Positions 37,385 to 47,176 of a DNA stretch of 64,000 nt are shown here, piece by piece. The DNA is from Bacteroidales bacterium (lineage in GTDB: Bacteria; Bacteroidota; Bacteroidia; Bacteroidales; UBA12077). The position numbers and the translations under genes are program-made. The stretch covers positions 3,717-67,716 of the forward strand of contig JAQIBH010000197.1 in assembly GCA_027859205.1 (NCBI GenBank). Reading direction: 5' to 3'. Numbering within the stretch: the first letter of the stretch is position 1; every line of letters starts with the position of its first letter. The notes under the pieces are model-generated. The model saw only the letters and a list, made by a program, of their open reading frames with translations, did not search any database and was not told the origin of the DNA.

Positions 37385-37482
37385 AGCAACACAATTTTCG
37401 GTTTTGAGTCCATTGTCTCTTAGTAAAAATATTATACTCTTTTAGGCTTTTAGGACTCCTTCTTTTGTTTACAAAAATTTAA

Positions 37483-39288
37483 TTATAGTATTGGGAGTGC
37501 AACATTATCATTAATTCTTGTTACTGGATATCTTTTGTAAGACACTTCATTCCATTCAGAATTATAATAAATGTAAGCTAATTGTGCTCTATGATTTTCA
37601 GCAAATTCAGGATCATCTTGCTTCTTTTTTTCGAATTCTGCTTTAAATACAGGATGATCATTTAAATATTTTAAGGCATTAGCTTCAAATCCATACGATG
37701 AAAAATACTCTCTTGATTCAAGACAAGGATCAAAAAAGTTCCATGCAAAAAAGCCGTCAGGAGCTTGCGGTTCTAACATTTCTACAATGTATCTGTTCCA
37801 TGCCTGATTTACCTCAACTACATAATCTCCTTTATAATAATTAATTTGTTGAACGTCTTTCTTTACTTCAACATTTCTATGTACCCGATGGCCATTATTT
37901 TGTCTTCGCTCATCTTCAAAATTTTCGATATAATAAACTTCCACAGTTAGGGCGGTATCTTTTGAAAGTTGTTTCATTTCAATCTTATTAAGCTTAAATC
38001 TCTCAATTATTTCATTCCATGCTTGAGGAATAACATAATAAGCAGGCTTTTTAATTATTAAGGTTGGCTTATAATAATCGTAATATTTTATTTCTTGGGT
38101 ATATGGTTTTGTTAAGTCATAACCATATCTTTCAACGCCCGTTACAGTACTTTTTAACATTCCGGCTTCATAACCTTTAAATTCAATGTAATTATATTTT
38201 GTTGTATCTAAAGTATGAGTTAAATTGAAATCTTCTTGTTGACTAATCATTTCGCTAACTTGCTTTTTATTTTCAAATATTTCATCCGAATGATTATTTG
38301 TGAATATTAATAACTCATTTATAAAATCATATGCCGACATTACCCTGTCGTAATACGATTTGTAAATATGATTTTCAGTCATAAAACCTAAACAATTAAA
38401 TAGTTGAGTATATCCCGATGAAAATTTAGCAGTTTGTATATATGATAATATTCCATTTTTGGGTGAGGAATCATAAGAATTTTCTGATGATGGATCAAAA
38501 GGTTTTACATATGGAATAATTTCATAATCTCCTTTTTTCATATTCTCATATAACTCGGGCAACATTACATCTGTAAGAAATTTACCATGGATTGGGTGCA
38601 TAGAATTGTGTTGTGGAGCAATAAGTGTTTGTGTATATTGATGATCAGAACCATTCGTAGTATGAGTATCAAGAAAAACATTTGGTTTCCATTCATGGAA
38701 AATTGTGGTAAAAGTAACAGCATTCTTTGTATCACATTTTACAAAATCTCTATTTAAATCCAGATTTTTAGCATTTCCTCTAAAACCACTTTCTTTCGGA
38801 CTTTTATGTCCTGTTCTATGGTAATGACTTCTATTAAGTGCTCCACCAACATTGTAAACGGGAATAATGCATAAAACAGTATTGTCTAAATTTATCTTCA
38901 AATTGTTTTTATTTAATAAAATATCATTAGCAAATTGTAAGCTAGCATCAATTCCACAGGGCTCACCAGGATGAATACCATTATTAATCAATAAAATAGT
39001 TTTTCCGTCTTTTTTAATTGATTCCGGCTTAAAATCTTTATTTTTTGATATAACAAATAAGTGCAAAGGTTTGCCGGCATCAGTTGTACCATATTCAATT
39101 AATTTAGCTTCTTTAAATGTATTAGCAAGTTGTTGGTACATTTCTATTACTTGGTAGTAGCCGGGGGTTACATTATTTGCGTAGTTTAGTGTAATTACAT
39201 CTTCGCTTATTGTATTTGTATTGCAACTACTAAATATAAATATAGTAACTAATACTAATCCCGGTACAGATTTCAATATTGATTTCAT
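37483..39288 (-). CDS. M14-family zinc carboxypeptidase, secreted
   Basis: Signal/lipobox (FSSCN) and zinc-ligand context NNGIHPGEPCG (HxxE), plus a later DTHTTNGSD. Confidence 0.85.
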   Translation of the reverse strand: MKSILKSVPGLVLVTIFIFSSCNTNTISEDVITLNYANNVTPGYYQVIEMYQQLANTFKEAKLIEYGTTDAGKPLHLFVISKNKDFKPESIKKDGKTILLINNGIHPGEPCGIDASLQFANDILLNKNNLKINLDNTVLCIIPVYNVGGALNRSHYHRTGHKSPKESGFRGNAKNLDLNRDFVKCDTKNAVTFTTIFHEWKPNVFLDTHTTNGSDHQYTQTLIAPQHNSMHPIHGKFLTDVMLPELYENMKKGDYEIIPYVKPFDPSSENSYDSSPKNGILSYIQTAKFSSGYTQLFNCLGFMTENHIYKSYYDRVMSAYDFINELLIFTNNHSDEIFENKKQVSEMISQQEDFNLTHTLDTTKYNYIEFKGYEAGMLKSTVTGVERYGYDLTKPYTQEIKYYDYYKPTLIIKKPAYYVIPQAWNEIIERFKLNKIEMKQLSKDTALTVEVYYIENFEDERRQNNGHRVHRNVEVKKDVQQINYYKGDYVVEVNQAWNRYIVEMLEPQAPDGFFAWNFFDPCLESREYFSSYGFEANALKYLNDHPVFKAEFEKKKQDDPEFAENHRAQLAYIYYNSEWNEVSYKRYPVTRINDNVALPIL

Positions 39289-39411
39289 ATTTAATTTTTT
39301 GAGTATGAAATGATCCTAATTTAGATAAATTATTTAAAGAATGGTTTAAGTTTAATATAAAAAAAACTAAATTGTGAAATTGATTTGTAACTAATGTTGA
39401 AATATGAAAAT

Positions 39412-39717
39412 ATGAAAACAAATAAACTACTTATTATTGCATTTATTGGTTTCTTACTTTTTACGGCTTGCGCTAATAATGAATCAGTAGAAGCATGTTT
39501 AACCGGACAAACGTTTGGTTTTTTGGGCGGATTATGGCATGGAATTATTGCTCCATTCGATTTGATTGCGATGTTATTTCGTGATGATGTGACTGTTTAC
39601 GCTCAAAATAATAATGGTGCTTGGTATGCTCTTGGCTTTATTCTTGGTAGTGGAGGATGGGGTATTCTTGGAAGTAAAAGTGCTAAGAAGAGTAGAAAAC
39701 AAAGAAAAGATAATTAA
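39412..39717 (+). CDS. small lipoprotein/membrane protein
   Basis: The ATG at 39412 gives MKTNKLLIIAFIGFLLFTAC (lipobox). The C-terminal tail is basic. The track ORF starts at 39394. Confidence 0.5.
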   Translation: MKTNKLLIIAFIGFLLFTACANNESVEACLTGQTFGFLGGLWHGIIAPFDLIAMLFRDDVTVYAQNNNGAWYALGFILGSGGWGILGSKSAKKSRKQRKDN

Positions 39718-39736
39718 AAAATAAAAAAACAAGATT

Positions 39737-40789
39737 ATGAGAAAAAATTTATTATTGACAATATTAATATTGTTATTATTAACAATTAATACAATTGCTC
39801 AAACCTATCTTATTCAAGCAAAACCTTTTGGCACTCGGCTTTGGGGATATATTAATTTACAAGGTGATTTTGTTATTGAGGCAAGATATAAAAAGTGTTA
39901 TGAGTTTTCTGAAAGTGGATTTGCTCCAATTTATGATAAAAGAAATGGATTTTATTTTATTGATAGGAGTGGAGTAAAAATGCAAACAGAAGTTGAAAAA
40001 TTTAAGCTTAAAAGTTTATTTGGGATAACAGGATTTAATGAAGGATTAGTACCTATTTTTGTAAAAAATGCTTGGGGGTATCTAAATACAGAAGGAAAAT
40101 TAGCAATTGAGGCTAAGTATAGCAAAGCAATGCCTTTTAAAGAAGGCTATGCTATTGTAAAATCAGGAAATAATTTTTATTTATTGGATAAAATTGGAAA
40201 TGAGGTGCTTGTTCAAGTTTCAGGTGTAGTAGAAATTAAAAGCTTTTCTGAACAACTTGCAATTTATAAAACATTAAAAGGACTTTATGGATTTATTAAT
40301 GTTAAAGGAGAAGTTGCCATTGAAGCTAAATATAAAAGTGTAGGCTACTTTAATGCAGGTTTAGCATGGGCAAAAACTTTTGATGGTAAAATAGGATATC
40401 TTAATAAAGTTGGAGAATGGGCTATGGAACCTCAATTTATTGCAGTTAGCGATTTCAATAATGAAACACAACTTGCACGTATCAAAAAAGGAGAAAATTG
40501 GGCTTATTTGAACCTGGAAGGAGATATTTTTTATTGTAATGATTGTATTAGTAATACTGAATTTCACGATGGTTTAGCAAAGGCAAAAGCTAAAGCAAAC
40601 GAAAAATTTGGTTTTATAAATAGCAACATGGAATGGGTTATTCAACCACAGTATGAAGGTGTAAGGCATTTTAAGAATGGTTATGCGCCCGCTAAAGTTG
40701 GCTTAAAATGGGGCTTGATTGATAAACAAGGGAATTGGGTAATTGAACCCTTATTTGCAGCTCTTAAGGACGTTGAAGTAATTAATTAG
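39737..40789 (+). CDS. WG-repeat (KWG) containing secreted protein
   Basis: Many repeats of the WGYIN/YGFIN..G...IEAKY pattern. Confidence 0.8.
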   Translation: MRKNLLLTILILLLLTINTIAQTYLIQAKPFGTRLWGYINLQGDFVIEARYKKCYEFSESGFAPIYDKRNGFYFIDRSGVKMQTEVEKFKLKSLFGITGFNEGLVPIFVKNAWGYLNTEGKLAIEAKYSKAMPFKEGYAIVKSGNNFYLLDKIGNEVLVQVSGVVEIKSFSEQLAIYKTLKGLYGFINVKGEVAIEAKYKSVGYFNAGLAWAKTFDGKIGYLNKVGEWAMEPQFIAVSDFNNETQLARIKKGENWAYLNLEGDIFYCNDCISNTEFHDGLAKAKAKANEKFGFINSNMEWVIQPQYEGVRHFKNGYAPAKVGLKWGLIDKQGNWVIEPLFAALKDVEVIN

Positions 40790-40843
40790 TATAAAATCAA
40801 CAAAAATATTTATAACAAGTTCACAAGATAAAAACATATAAAA

Positions 40844-41563
40844 ATGAAAAAAATAGTATACATACTGGTAATTAGCATTTTGATTGGTCTACCAGCAAAA
40901 GCACAATTTCTGAAAGATTTAAAAAAAGCTGCTTCAAATGCAATTGAAGAAACTTCGACTGGATTTACAGAGGAAGAGGCAGGAAAAGCATTAAAAGATG
41001 CACTTACAATTGGTATAGAAAAAGGAGTAAGTCGTTTATCGAAACCCGATGGTTATTTTAAAGATCTTCAGATTAAGATTCCTATGCCAAAAGAGGCAAA
41101 AACAGTAGAAGACAAACTCAGAATGTTAGGGCAGGATAAAGCTGTAGACGATGCAATTAAATCAATGAATCGAGCAGCTGAAGATGCTGCTAATGGAGCA
41201 AAAGATGTTTTTATTGCAGCAATAAAAGGGTTAACATTAAGAGATGTTATGAATATTGTTAATGGAGAAAACGATGCAGCAACTCGATATCTTGAGAACA
41301 ATACACGAACACTTCTTGTTGAAAAATTCAAACCGATAATAAAAGTTTCGCTTGAAAAAGTTGATGCTACCAAATATTGGAACGCTGTTTTCTCGTCGTA
41401 TAACAAACTTCCATTTGTAAAAAAGGTAAATCCCGATTTAGAAGATTATGTTACAAATAAAGCAATTGATGGCTTATTTGTACAAATAGCTAAAGAAGAA
41501 TTGGAGATTAGAAAAAATCCGGGAGCTCGTGTAACAGATCTACTTAAGAAGGTTTTTGGGTAG
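40844..41563 (+). CDS. DUF4197-family secreted protein
   Basis: Signal peptide. The motifs ...ALKDALTIGIEKGV..., SMNRAAEDAA and ARVTDLLKKVF match my recollection of DUF4197 proteins. Confidence 0.75.
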   Translation: MKKIVYILVISILIGLPAKAQFLKDLKKAASNAIEETSTGFTEEEAGKALKDALTIGIEKGVSRLSKPDGYFKDLQIKIPMPKEAKTVEDKLRMLGQDKAVDDAIKSMNRAAEDAANGAKDVFIAAIKGLTLRDVMNIVNGENDAATRYLENNTRTLLVEKFKPIIKVSLEKVDATKYWNAVFSSYNKLPFVKKVNPDLEDYVTNKAIDGLFVQIAKEELEIRKNPGARVTDLLKKVFG

Positions 41564-41640
41564 TTTTATAATTTGTGGTCACAAGGCCTTTGTTCCAAGC
41601 TCTTTGTGTTACAATCATATAATTTTAGTACTTTTGAGAT

Positions 41641-41958
41641 ATGAAGAGAAAGACTAAACAAATTAGTATTTTGATAAAGCAAACAATAGGAAGAATTGAT
41701 CCTAATGCTCAAATTATTCTTTATGGTTCCAGGGCAAGAGGAACTGAAAGAATTGATTCTGATTGGGATATTTTAATACTAACTGACTATCCTGTTGATA
41801 TTGTGAAAGAAAGAGTTTTTAGAAATGCACTTTATGATTTAGAACTGGAAACCGAAGAACCATTCTCGGTATTTGTTTATTCAAAAACTGAATGGGAAAC
41901 CAAACAAAGAATAACACCATTTTATGTTAATGTAACAAATGAGGGTGTAAGGATATGA
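41641..41958 (+). CDS. minimal nucleotidyltransferase (MNT-type antitoxin-like)
   Basis: GS motif plus acidic residues (LYGSRARGTERIDSDWDILILT). It overlaps the downstream HEPN gene by 4 nt (ATGA). Confidence 0.85.
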   Translation: MKRKTKQISILIKQTIGRIDPNAQIILYGSRARGTERIDSDWDILILTDYPVDIVKERVFRNALYDLELETEEPFSVFVYSKTEWETKQRITPFYVNVTNEGVRI

Positions 41959-42353
41959 AGCCCGTTGATAGAAAAGTATATATTCAAAATCGCATAGAAA
42001 CCGCGTATAAAACCTTAGATGCTGCAAAAGTTTTAGCTGATAACGGTTTTTGGAATTCAGCAGTTAATAGATTATATTATTCTGTATTTTATGCTGTAAA
42101 TGCTATTTTAGTTAAGAATGAAATAATTACGCAATCACATTCGGGAGCGCGAAGTCAATTTTCTTTATATTTTATTAAAACTGGGAGAATTGATAAAAAA
42201 TTTGGAAAACTATTGGCAGAATTATATGATTGGCGTCAAAAAGGCGATTATGAAAATTTATATGAATATGATTCAGTATCTGTGCTTCCCTTATTTGAAT
42301 CTGTGTTAGAAATGATACAACAAATTGAAAAAAATATCAATACCACTTTATAA
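41955..42353 (+). CDS. HEPN domain protein (partner of MNT)
   Basis: 132 aa helical protein with the HEPN-family segment LYDWRQKGDYE. It is translationally coupled to the MNT gene. Confidence 0.8.
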   Translation: MKPVDRKVYIQNRIETAYKTLDAAKVLADNGFWNSAVNRLYYSVFYAVNAILVKNEIITQSHSGARSQFSLYFIKTGRIDKKFGKLLAELYDWRQKGDYENLYEYDSVSVLPLFESVLEMIQQIEKNINTTL

Positions 42354-42455
42354 CAGTTTTCAAATCAATCATTGTTTTCAAGCTATTCTCTATAACTATG
42401 TTTCAGCTATTTAAAATATTAAACCTTTGTCTTTGAGTAAATTAATTTCGTTAAA

Positions 42456-43235
42456 ATGTCAAATAATCTTAAAGTTTCGTGTATTCAATCTGAATTAATT
42501 TGGGAAAACGTTGATCAAAATTTAAAACTGTTTTCCGATAAAATTAATCAAGTTCCCAATGATACCGAACTGATTATACTACCAGAAATGTTTACAACCG
42601 GATTTACCATGAATGCTGTAAAAATGGCTGAAAATATGGACGGACAAACATTTAGTTGGATGAAAGCACAATCTGAAAAACATAATAAAATTATTATTGG
42701 AAGTGTAATAATAAAAGAAAACGAGAAGTATTACAATCGATGTATTACAATGTTCCCCAATGGCGATTATTATACATATGATAAGGGCCATTTATTTCAA
42801 ATGGAGAAAGAACATGAAGATTATACTAAAGGAGTAAGAAAAACAATATTTAAACAAAAAGATTGGCGAATTTGTACTCTTATATGTTATGATTTACGTT
42901 TCCCGGTATGGAGTAGAAATCAAAATGATTATGACCTATTGATTTATATTGCTAGTTGGCCTGAAAGTAGAAGAGAAGTGTGGAAAACACTATTAAAAGC
43001 TCGTGCTATTGAAAACCAAACCTATGTAATTGGTGTAAATCGTGTGGGAAATGACGGTGAAGGAATTACATATTCGGGTGATACAATGGTTATTGGACCA
43101 AAGGGTGAAATTATAAGTGCTACAAATGATTATTTGGATGAAATATTAAACACAGAAATATCGTTAGATGAGTTAAATAAATTCAGAAAAAAATTTCCGG
43201 TATGGATTGATGCCGACGATTTCAAAATATTATAA
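42456..43235 (+). CDS. carbon-nitrogen hydrolase family amidohydrolase (omega-amidase/YafV-like)
   Basis: Catalytic E-K-C context: ILPEMF, ...YNR... and the catalytic Cys motif ICYDLRFP. Confidence 0.85.
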   Translation: MSNNLKVSCIQSELIWENVDQNLKLFSDKINQVPNDTELIILPEMFTTGFTMNAVKMAENMDGQTFSWMKAQSEKHNKIIIGSVIIKENEKYYNRCITMFPNGDYYTYDKGHLFQMEKEHEDYTKGVRKTIFKQKDWRICTLICYDLRFPVWSRNQNDYDLLIYIASWPESRREVWKTLLKARAIENQTYVIGVNRVGNDGEGITYSGDTMVIGPKGEIISATNDYLDEILNTEISLDELNKFRKKFPVWIDADDFKIL

Positions 43236-43237
43236 AA

Positions 43238-45475
43238 ATGTTACCAAAAATAAACTTCGATAAAAAAACTAAAGGGAAAATTACAGATAGAGAACGAAAA
43301 ATAATCCTTAATAAATACAAAGAATTATTACAACTATCCGAAGATTTTACAAAAAAGAAGGAGCTTGAATTAATACGAAAGGCTCTTGATATTGCTGTGG
43401 AAGGTTTTGAAGGATTAAGATCACCAACCGGTAATCCTGTAATATTGGATATTTTAGAAACAACAATTATCGTTGTTGATCAAATAGGACTTGGAACCAG
43501 ATCGGTTGTAGCAACTTTATTGTATCAGACTGTTATTGATAAAAAAATCACCCTACAGTATATTGAAAAAGAATTTGATAAAACCATTATGTTAATTGTT
43601 GATGGTTTGGTTCAAATATCGGATATAACAACTAAAACTTCAGTTAATCAAGCAGAGAATTTTAGACAAATGCTTTTAACCTTGGCTGAAGATGTTCGTG
43701 TAATTTTAATTAAGCTGGCTATTTTGTTGAACCAAATGCGTAGCTTAAACAATATGCCCGAAGAATACCAGATTAAAACATCTTTGGAAACATTTTCATT
43801 ATATGCTCCATTAGCTCATCGTTTGGGTTTGTACAATATTAAATCTGAATTTGAGAATTTGTCATTTAAGTATACCGAAAAGGAAAAGTATACTGAGATT
43901 ATAAAAAAGCTAAAAAATACAACTGCAAAGCGTGAGCGTTTTATCAAAAAGTTTATTGCTCCAATAGCAAAGGAGTTGAAAGATCAAGGCATTGATTATG
44001 AGATAAAAGGACGACCAAAATCGGTATATTCCATTTGGCAAAAAATGAATAAGCAAAATGTCGAGTTCGAGGAAGTATATGATATTTTTGCTATTCGAAT
44101 AATATTAATCTCTAAACCTTCAAAGGAAAAAGCCGATTGTTGGAGAGCTTATTCTGTTGTAACTGATTTTTATCAGCCAAACCCAAAACGTTTACGCGAT
44201 TGGATTTCTATTCCTAAAACCAATGGTTATGAATCATTGCATACAACAGTTGTTGGGCCTGAAAGTAAGTGGGTTGAAGTTCAGATACGCACTCAACGAA
44301 TGGATGAAATTGCTGAAAAAGGTTATGCAGCGCATTGGCGATATAAGGGAGTAAAAACTGAAAAAGGAATTGATCAGTGGATGCAAAAAGTTAGAGAAGT
44401 AATTGATTCTAATAGTGTTGCCAATAGTGAAACTATTGATGATTTAAAATTAAATCTTTACAATAAAGAAGTTTTTGTTTTTACGCCCACAGGCGATTTA
44501 AAAAAGCTTCCGGCAGGATCAACCGTTCTTGATTTCGCTTACGATATTCATTCTGATGTAGGGAATACTTGTGTTGGTGCTATGATAAATCAAAAAAATG
44601 CAACAATTAAGCAATTATTGCAAAACGGCGATCAAGTAAGTATTGTAACATCTAAAACTCAAAAACCTAAATCAGATTGGTTAAATTTTGTTGTTTCCTC
44701 AAAGGCTAAAACAAAGATTAAATCCACATTACAAGAAGAAAAATTTAAGGAAGCAGAAGCGGGTAAGGAGTTATTAAAACGAAGATTGAAAAATTGGAAA
44801 ATAAAATTCGAAGACCATTTAATAGAAGGTTTATTAAAGCGTTATAAACTTAAAAGACCTGTCGATTTATACCAGGCAATAGCCATTGAAGAAATTGATG
44901 TTAAAGATATTAAGGAGGTTTTAAATGAAAATTCAAAAGAGCCTGAACCGGTAAAAGAAATTCTGGAACAAAAGGAAAATCCAGTTAAAGAAAAAGAATT
45001 AAATGGTAAAAGTGATAGTTTAGTAATTGATGATAAAATTACTAATCTGGACTATAAACTTGCTAAATGTTGTAATCCGATTAGGGGCGATTCAATTTTC
45101 GGATTTGTAACCGTAAGCGAAGGAATTAAAATACATAGAACAAGTTGTCCAAATGCACGTCAGTTAGTAGATAAATATAATTATAGGATTTTAAAAGCTC
45201 AATGGGCTAGAAACGCTTTGAATCAAGCTTTTCAAACGACTATTAGAGTCTCTGGAATTGATGAAATAGGAATGTTAAATAAAATAACGTCTATTATTTC
45301 TAAGGATTTGAAAGTGCAAGTGCGATCTATCACACTCGATTCTAATGAAGGACTTTTCGACGGTAAACTAAAGCTTGTTGTTGAAAGCACAAAACATCTT
45401 GAAGGTTTAATATCTAAAATAAAACGAGAGAAAGGTATTCTAAAAGTTTCGCGTGCAGATTCCGTTGAAAATTAA
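43238..45475 (+). CDS. RelA/SpoT homolog, RelA-like (degenerate hydrolase HD motif)
   Basis: Synthetase motifs (RPKSVYSIWQKM, GYESLHTTV, EVQIRTQRMD..AHWRYK) plus TGS and C-terminal ACT domains. The hydrolase positions read LLYQTVID instead of LLHDvvED. Confidence 0.9.
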   Translation: MLPKINFDKKTKGKITDRERKIILNKYKELLQLSEDFTKKKELELIRKALDIAVEGFEGLRSPTGNPVILDILETTIIVVDQIGLGTRSVVATLLYQTVIDKKITLQYIEKEFDKTIMLIVDGLVQISDITTKTSVNQAENFRQMLLTLAEDVRVILIKLAILLNQMRSLNNMPEEYQIKTSLETFSLYAPLAHRLGLYNIKSEFENLSFKYTEKEKYTEIIKKLKNTTAKRERFIKKFIAPIAKELKDQGIDYEIKGRPKSVYSIWQKMNKQNVEFEEVYDIFAIRIILISKPSKEKADCWRAYSVVTDFYQPNPKRLRDWISIPKTNGYESLHTTVVGPESKWVEVQIRTQRMDEIAEKGYAAHWRYKGVKTEKGIDQWMQKVREVIDSNSVANSETIDDLKLNLYNKEVFVFTPTGDLKKLPAGSTVLDFAYDIHSDVGNTCVGAMINQKNATIKQLLQNGDQVSIVTSKTQKPKSDWLNFVVSSKAKTKIKSTLQEEKFKEAEAGKELLKRRLKNWKIKFEDHLIEGLLKRYKLKRPVDLYQAIAIEEIDVKDIKEVLNENSKEPEPVKEILEQKENPVKEKELNGKSDSLVIDDKITNLDYKLAKCCNPIRGDSIFGFVTVSEGIKIHRTSCPNARQLVDKYNYRILKAQWARNALNQAFQTTIRVSGIDEIGMLNKITSIISKDLKVQVRSITLDSNEGLFDGKLKLVVESTKHLEGLISKIKREKGILKVSRADSVEN

Positions 45476-45555
45476 TATGATTAACTTTATGCTTTTATAA
45501 TTGTAACATAAACAAATATCACTCCTGCTCGTTTTAAAAGTAAAATGTTATATAA

Positions 45556-46230
45556 ATGAAAATATCAATTTTGCTTATATTATTTATTTTTGTTTTAAAC
45601 TCATCTGGGTTTTCACAAGTATATCCATTATTACCTAAGTTTTATCAACCCTTGGATTCTTCTGTTATTGCAAACAAAAATGAAAAAGAAACCGAAAAGT
45701 CAACTATAATGCAGCGTCATGAATCGGTCTCGTATTCTGTTTCACTAGGTACCAGTTATAATAATTTGGGGAATGATATTTCAATGATGAATACCTATAT
45801 AGCACCATCTGTAAGTTATTGGGCAAATTCAAAGCTTAATTTTACACTTACTGGAATTTTTATGCAAAATAACATGTCAGTAAAGGATGGATTTACTGGA
45901 ATAGAATCTAGTTATTTGTTTAGTTCAAATACGTCAAATTACGGAATTGCGGGAATTGCATTTTATCAGCTCTCAGAGAAATGGAGCGTATGGGGAGATG
46001 GTGTATATTTTGAAAATCAATCGGTTTTCGATGATTTACCTTCTTCAATGTACAATAATGATTTTAAAACTGTTTCAGTTGGTGTCGCTTACAAAGTAAA
46101 TGATAATTTTCATTTTAATGTGCAATATAGATACCAAGAAGGTTTAAATCCCGCATATAATTTTGATTCACCTTTTTATAGCCCAAGATATAATCCTTTT
46201 AACTCGAATTTTGGCATTTGGGATTATTAA
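45556..46230 (+). CDS. hypothetical secreted/outer-membrane beta-barrel-like protein
   Basis: Signal peptide, alternating aromatic/polar strands and an aromatic C-terminus (...GIWDY). Confidence 0.5.
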   Translation: MKISILLILFIFVLNSSGFSQVYPLLPKFYQPLDSSVIANKNEKETEKSTIMQRHESVSYSVSLGTSYNNLGNDISMMNTYIAPSVSYWANSKLNFTLTGIFMQNNMSVKDGFTGIESSYLFSSNTSNYGIAGIAFYQLSEKWSVWGDGVYFENQSVFDDLPSSMYNNDFKTVSVGVAYKVNDNFHFNVQYRYQEGLNPAYNFDSPFYSPRYNPFNSNFGIWDY

Positions 46231-46232
46231 AA

Positions 46233-47066
46233 ATGTTCAAATTAAAAACATACACTTTTATTATTATTCTTGTTTTTGCGAACGCAATTACTGTTAATTC
46301 GCAAAGTATTGTAAATCAATTTCCTGTTTTTAATGCAGGAGAGAAAGTTACTTATGATGCAAGTTATAATTGGGGCTTTATTTGGATAAATGCAGGGAAT
46401 GCAGAATTTAATGTCAAAGATACTATATACAGGGGCGTAGATTCTTATCATTTTAATGTATATGGATCAAGTATACCTTCTTACGATTGGTTGTTTAAAG
46501 TTCGTGATCATTTTCAATCATTCGCGCAAAAAAAAGATTTAGCACCTTTATTTTTTGATCGCAATACTCTTGAAGGTGGAGATTATGTTATGAATCGCTT
46601 CACATTTGATTATGAAGATAGTTTGATTTATTCACAAACAGAAAATTCTGATAAATCTTATTCTGAGGATACTTTAAAGCTGATACAGAAACTTTATGAC
46701 GTTATTTCTGGTGTTTATTATGTTCGAAATATTGATTTTGACAAGTACGAAATAAACGATACTATTCCAATTCGGATGATTATTGATAATGAGATATTCG
46801 AACTTTACATTAGATATCTTGGGAAAGAAATTTTAAAAACGCATAATAAACAAATATTCAATACAATAAAATTTTCTGCATTACTCATTGAAGGGACTAT
46901 TTTTAGAGGCGGGGAAGATTTGTATGTATGGGTAAGCGATGATTTGAATAGAATTCCAATATTAGTTGAAGCTAAAATTCTAATTGGATCGGTTAAAGCT
47001 ACACTAAGGAGTACAGAAAACTTGAAATTTCCACTTTCATCAGAAATTAAGCTTTACAAAAATTGA
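46233..47066 (+). CDS. DUF3108-like secreted protein
   Basis: The pattern FNAGEKVTYDASYNWGFIWINAGNAEFNV resembles the DUF3108 N-terminal signature. The track start at 46218 is TTG and the ATG is at 46233. Confidence 0.55.
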   Translation: MFKLKTYTFIIILVFANAITVNSQSIVNQFPVFNAGEKVTYDASYNWGFIWINAGNAEFNVKDTIYRGVDSYHFNVYGSSIPSYDWLFKVRDHFQSFAQKKDLAPLFFDRNTLEGGDYVMNRFTFDYEDSLIYSQTENSDKSYSEDTLKLIQKLYDVISGVYYVRNIDFDKYEINDTIPIRMIIDNEIFELYIRYLGKEILKTHNKQIFNTIKFSALLIEGTIFRGGEDLYVWVSDDLNRIPILVEAKILIGSVKATLRSTENLKFPLSSEIKLYKN

Positions 47067-47125
47067 TAAAAGGTAAATGTGATATATTTCATAATTACTA
47101 ATACTCAATTTCATATTTTTTATAC

Positions 47126-47133
47126 TAATTTTG
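47126..47133 (+). promoter_or_regulatory. candidate -7 promoter element (TAnnTTTG) for fprA
   Basis: TAATTTTG lies 44 nt upstream of the ATG at 47177. Confidence 0.3.
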
Positions 47134-47176
47134 CTTAAAAATAGAGAATAGTTTTTCATGTCATTAATAATTGAAA

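Noticed and set aside
41068-41406. 112-aa antisense ORF
   Set aside because: It is antisense to the DUF4197-like gene. Its Ala/Ser-rich sequence mirrors the sense-strand codon pattern.
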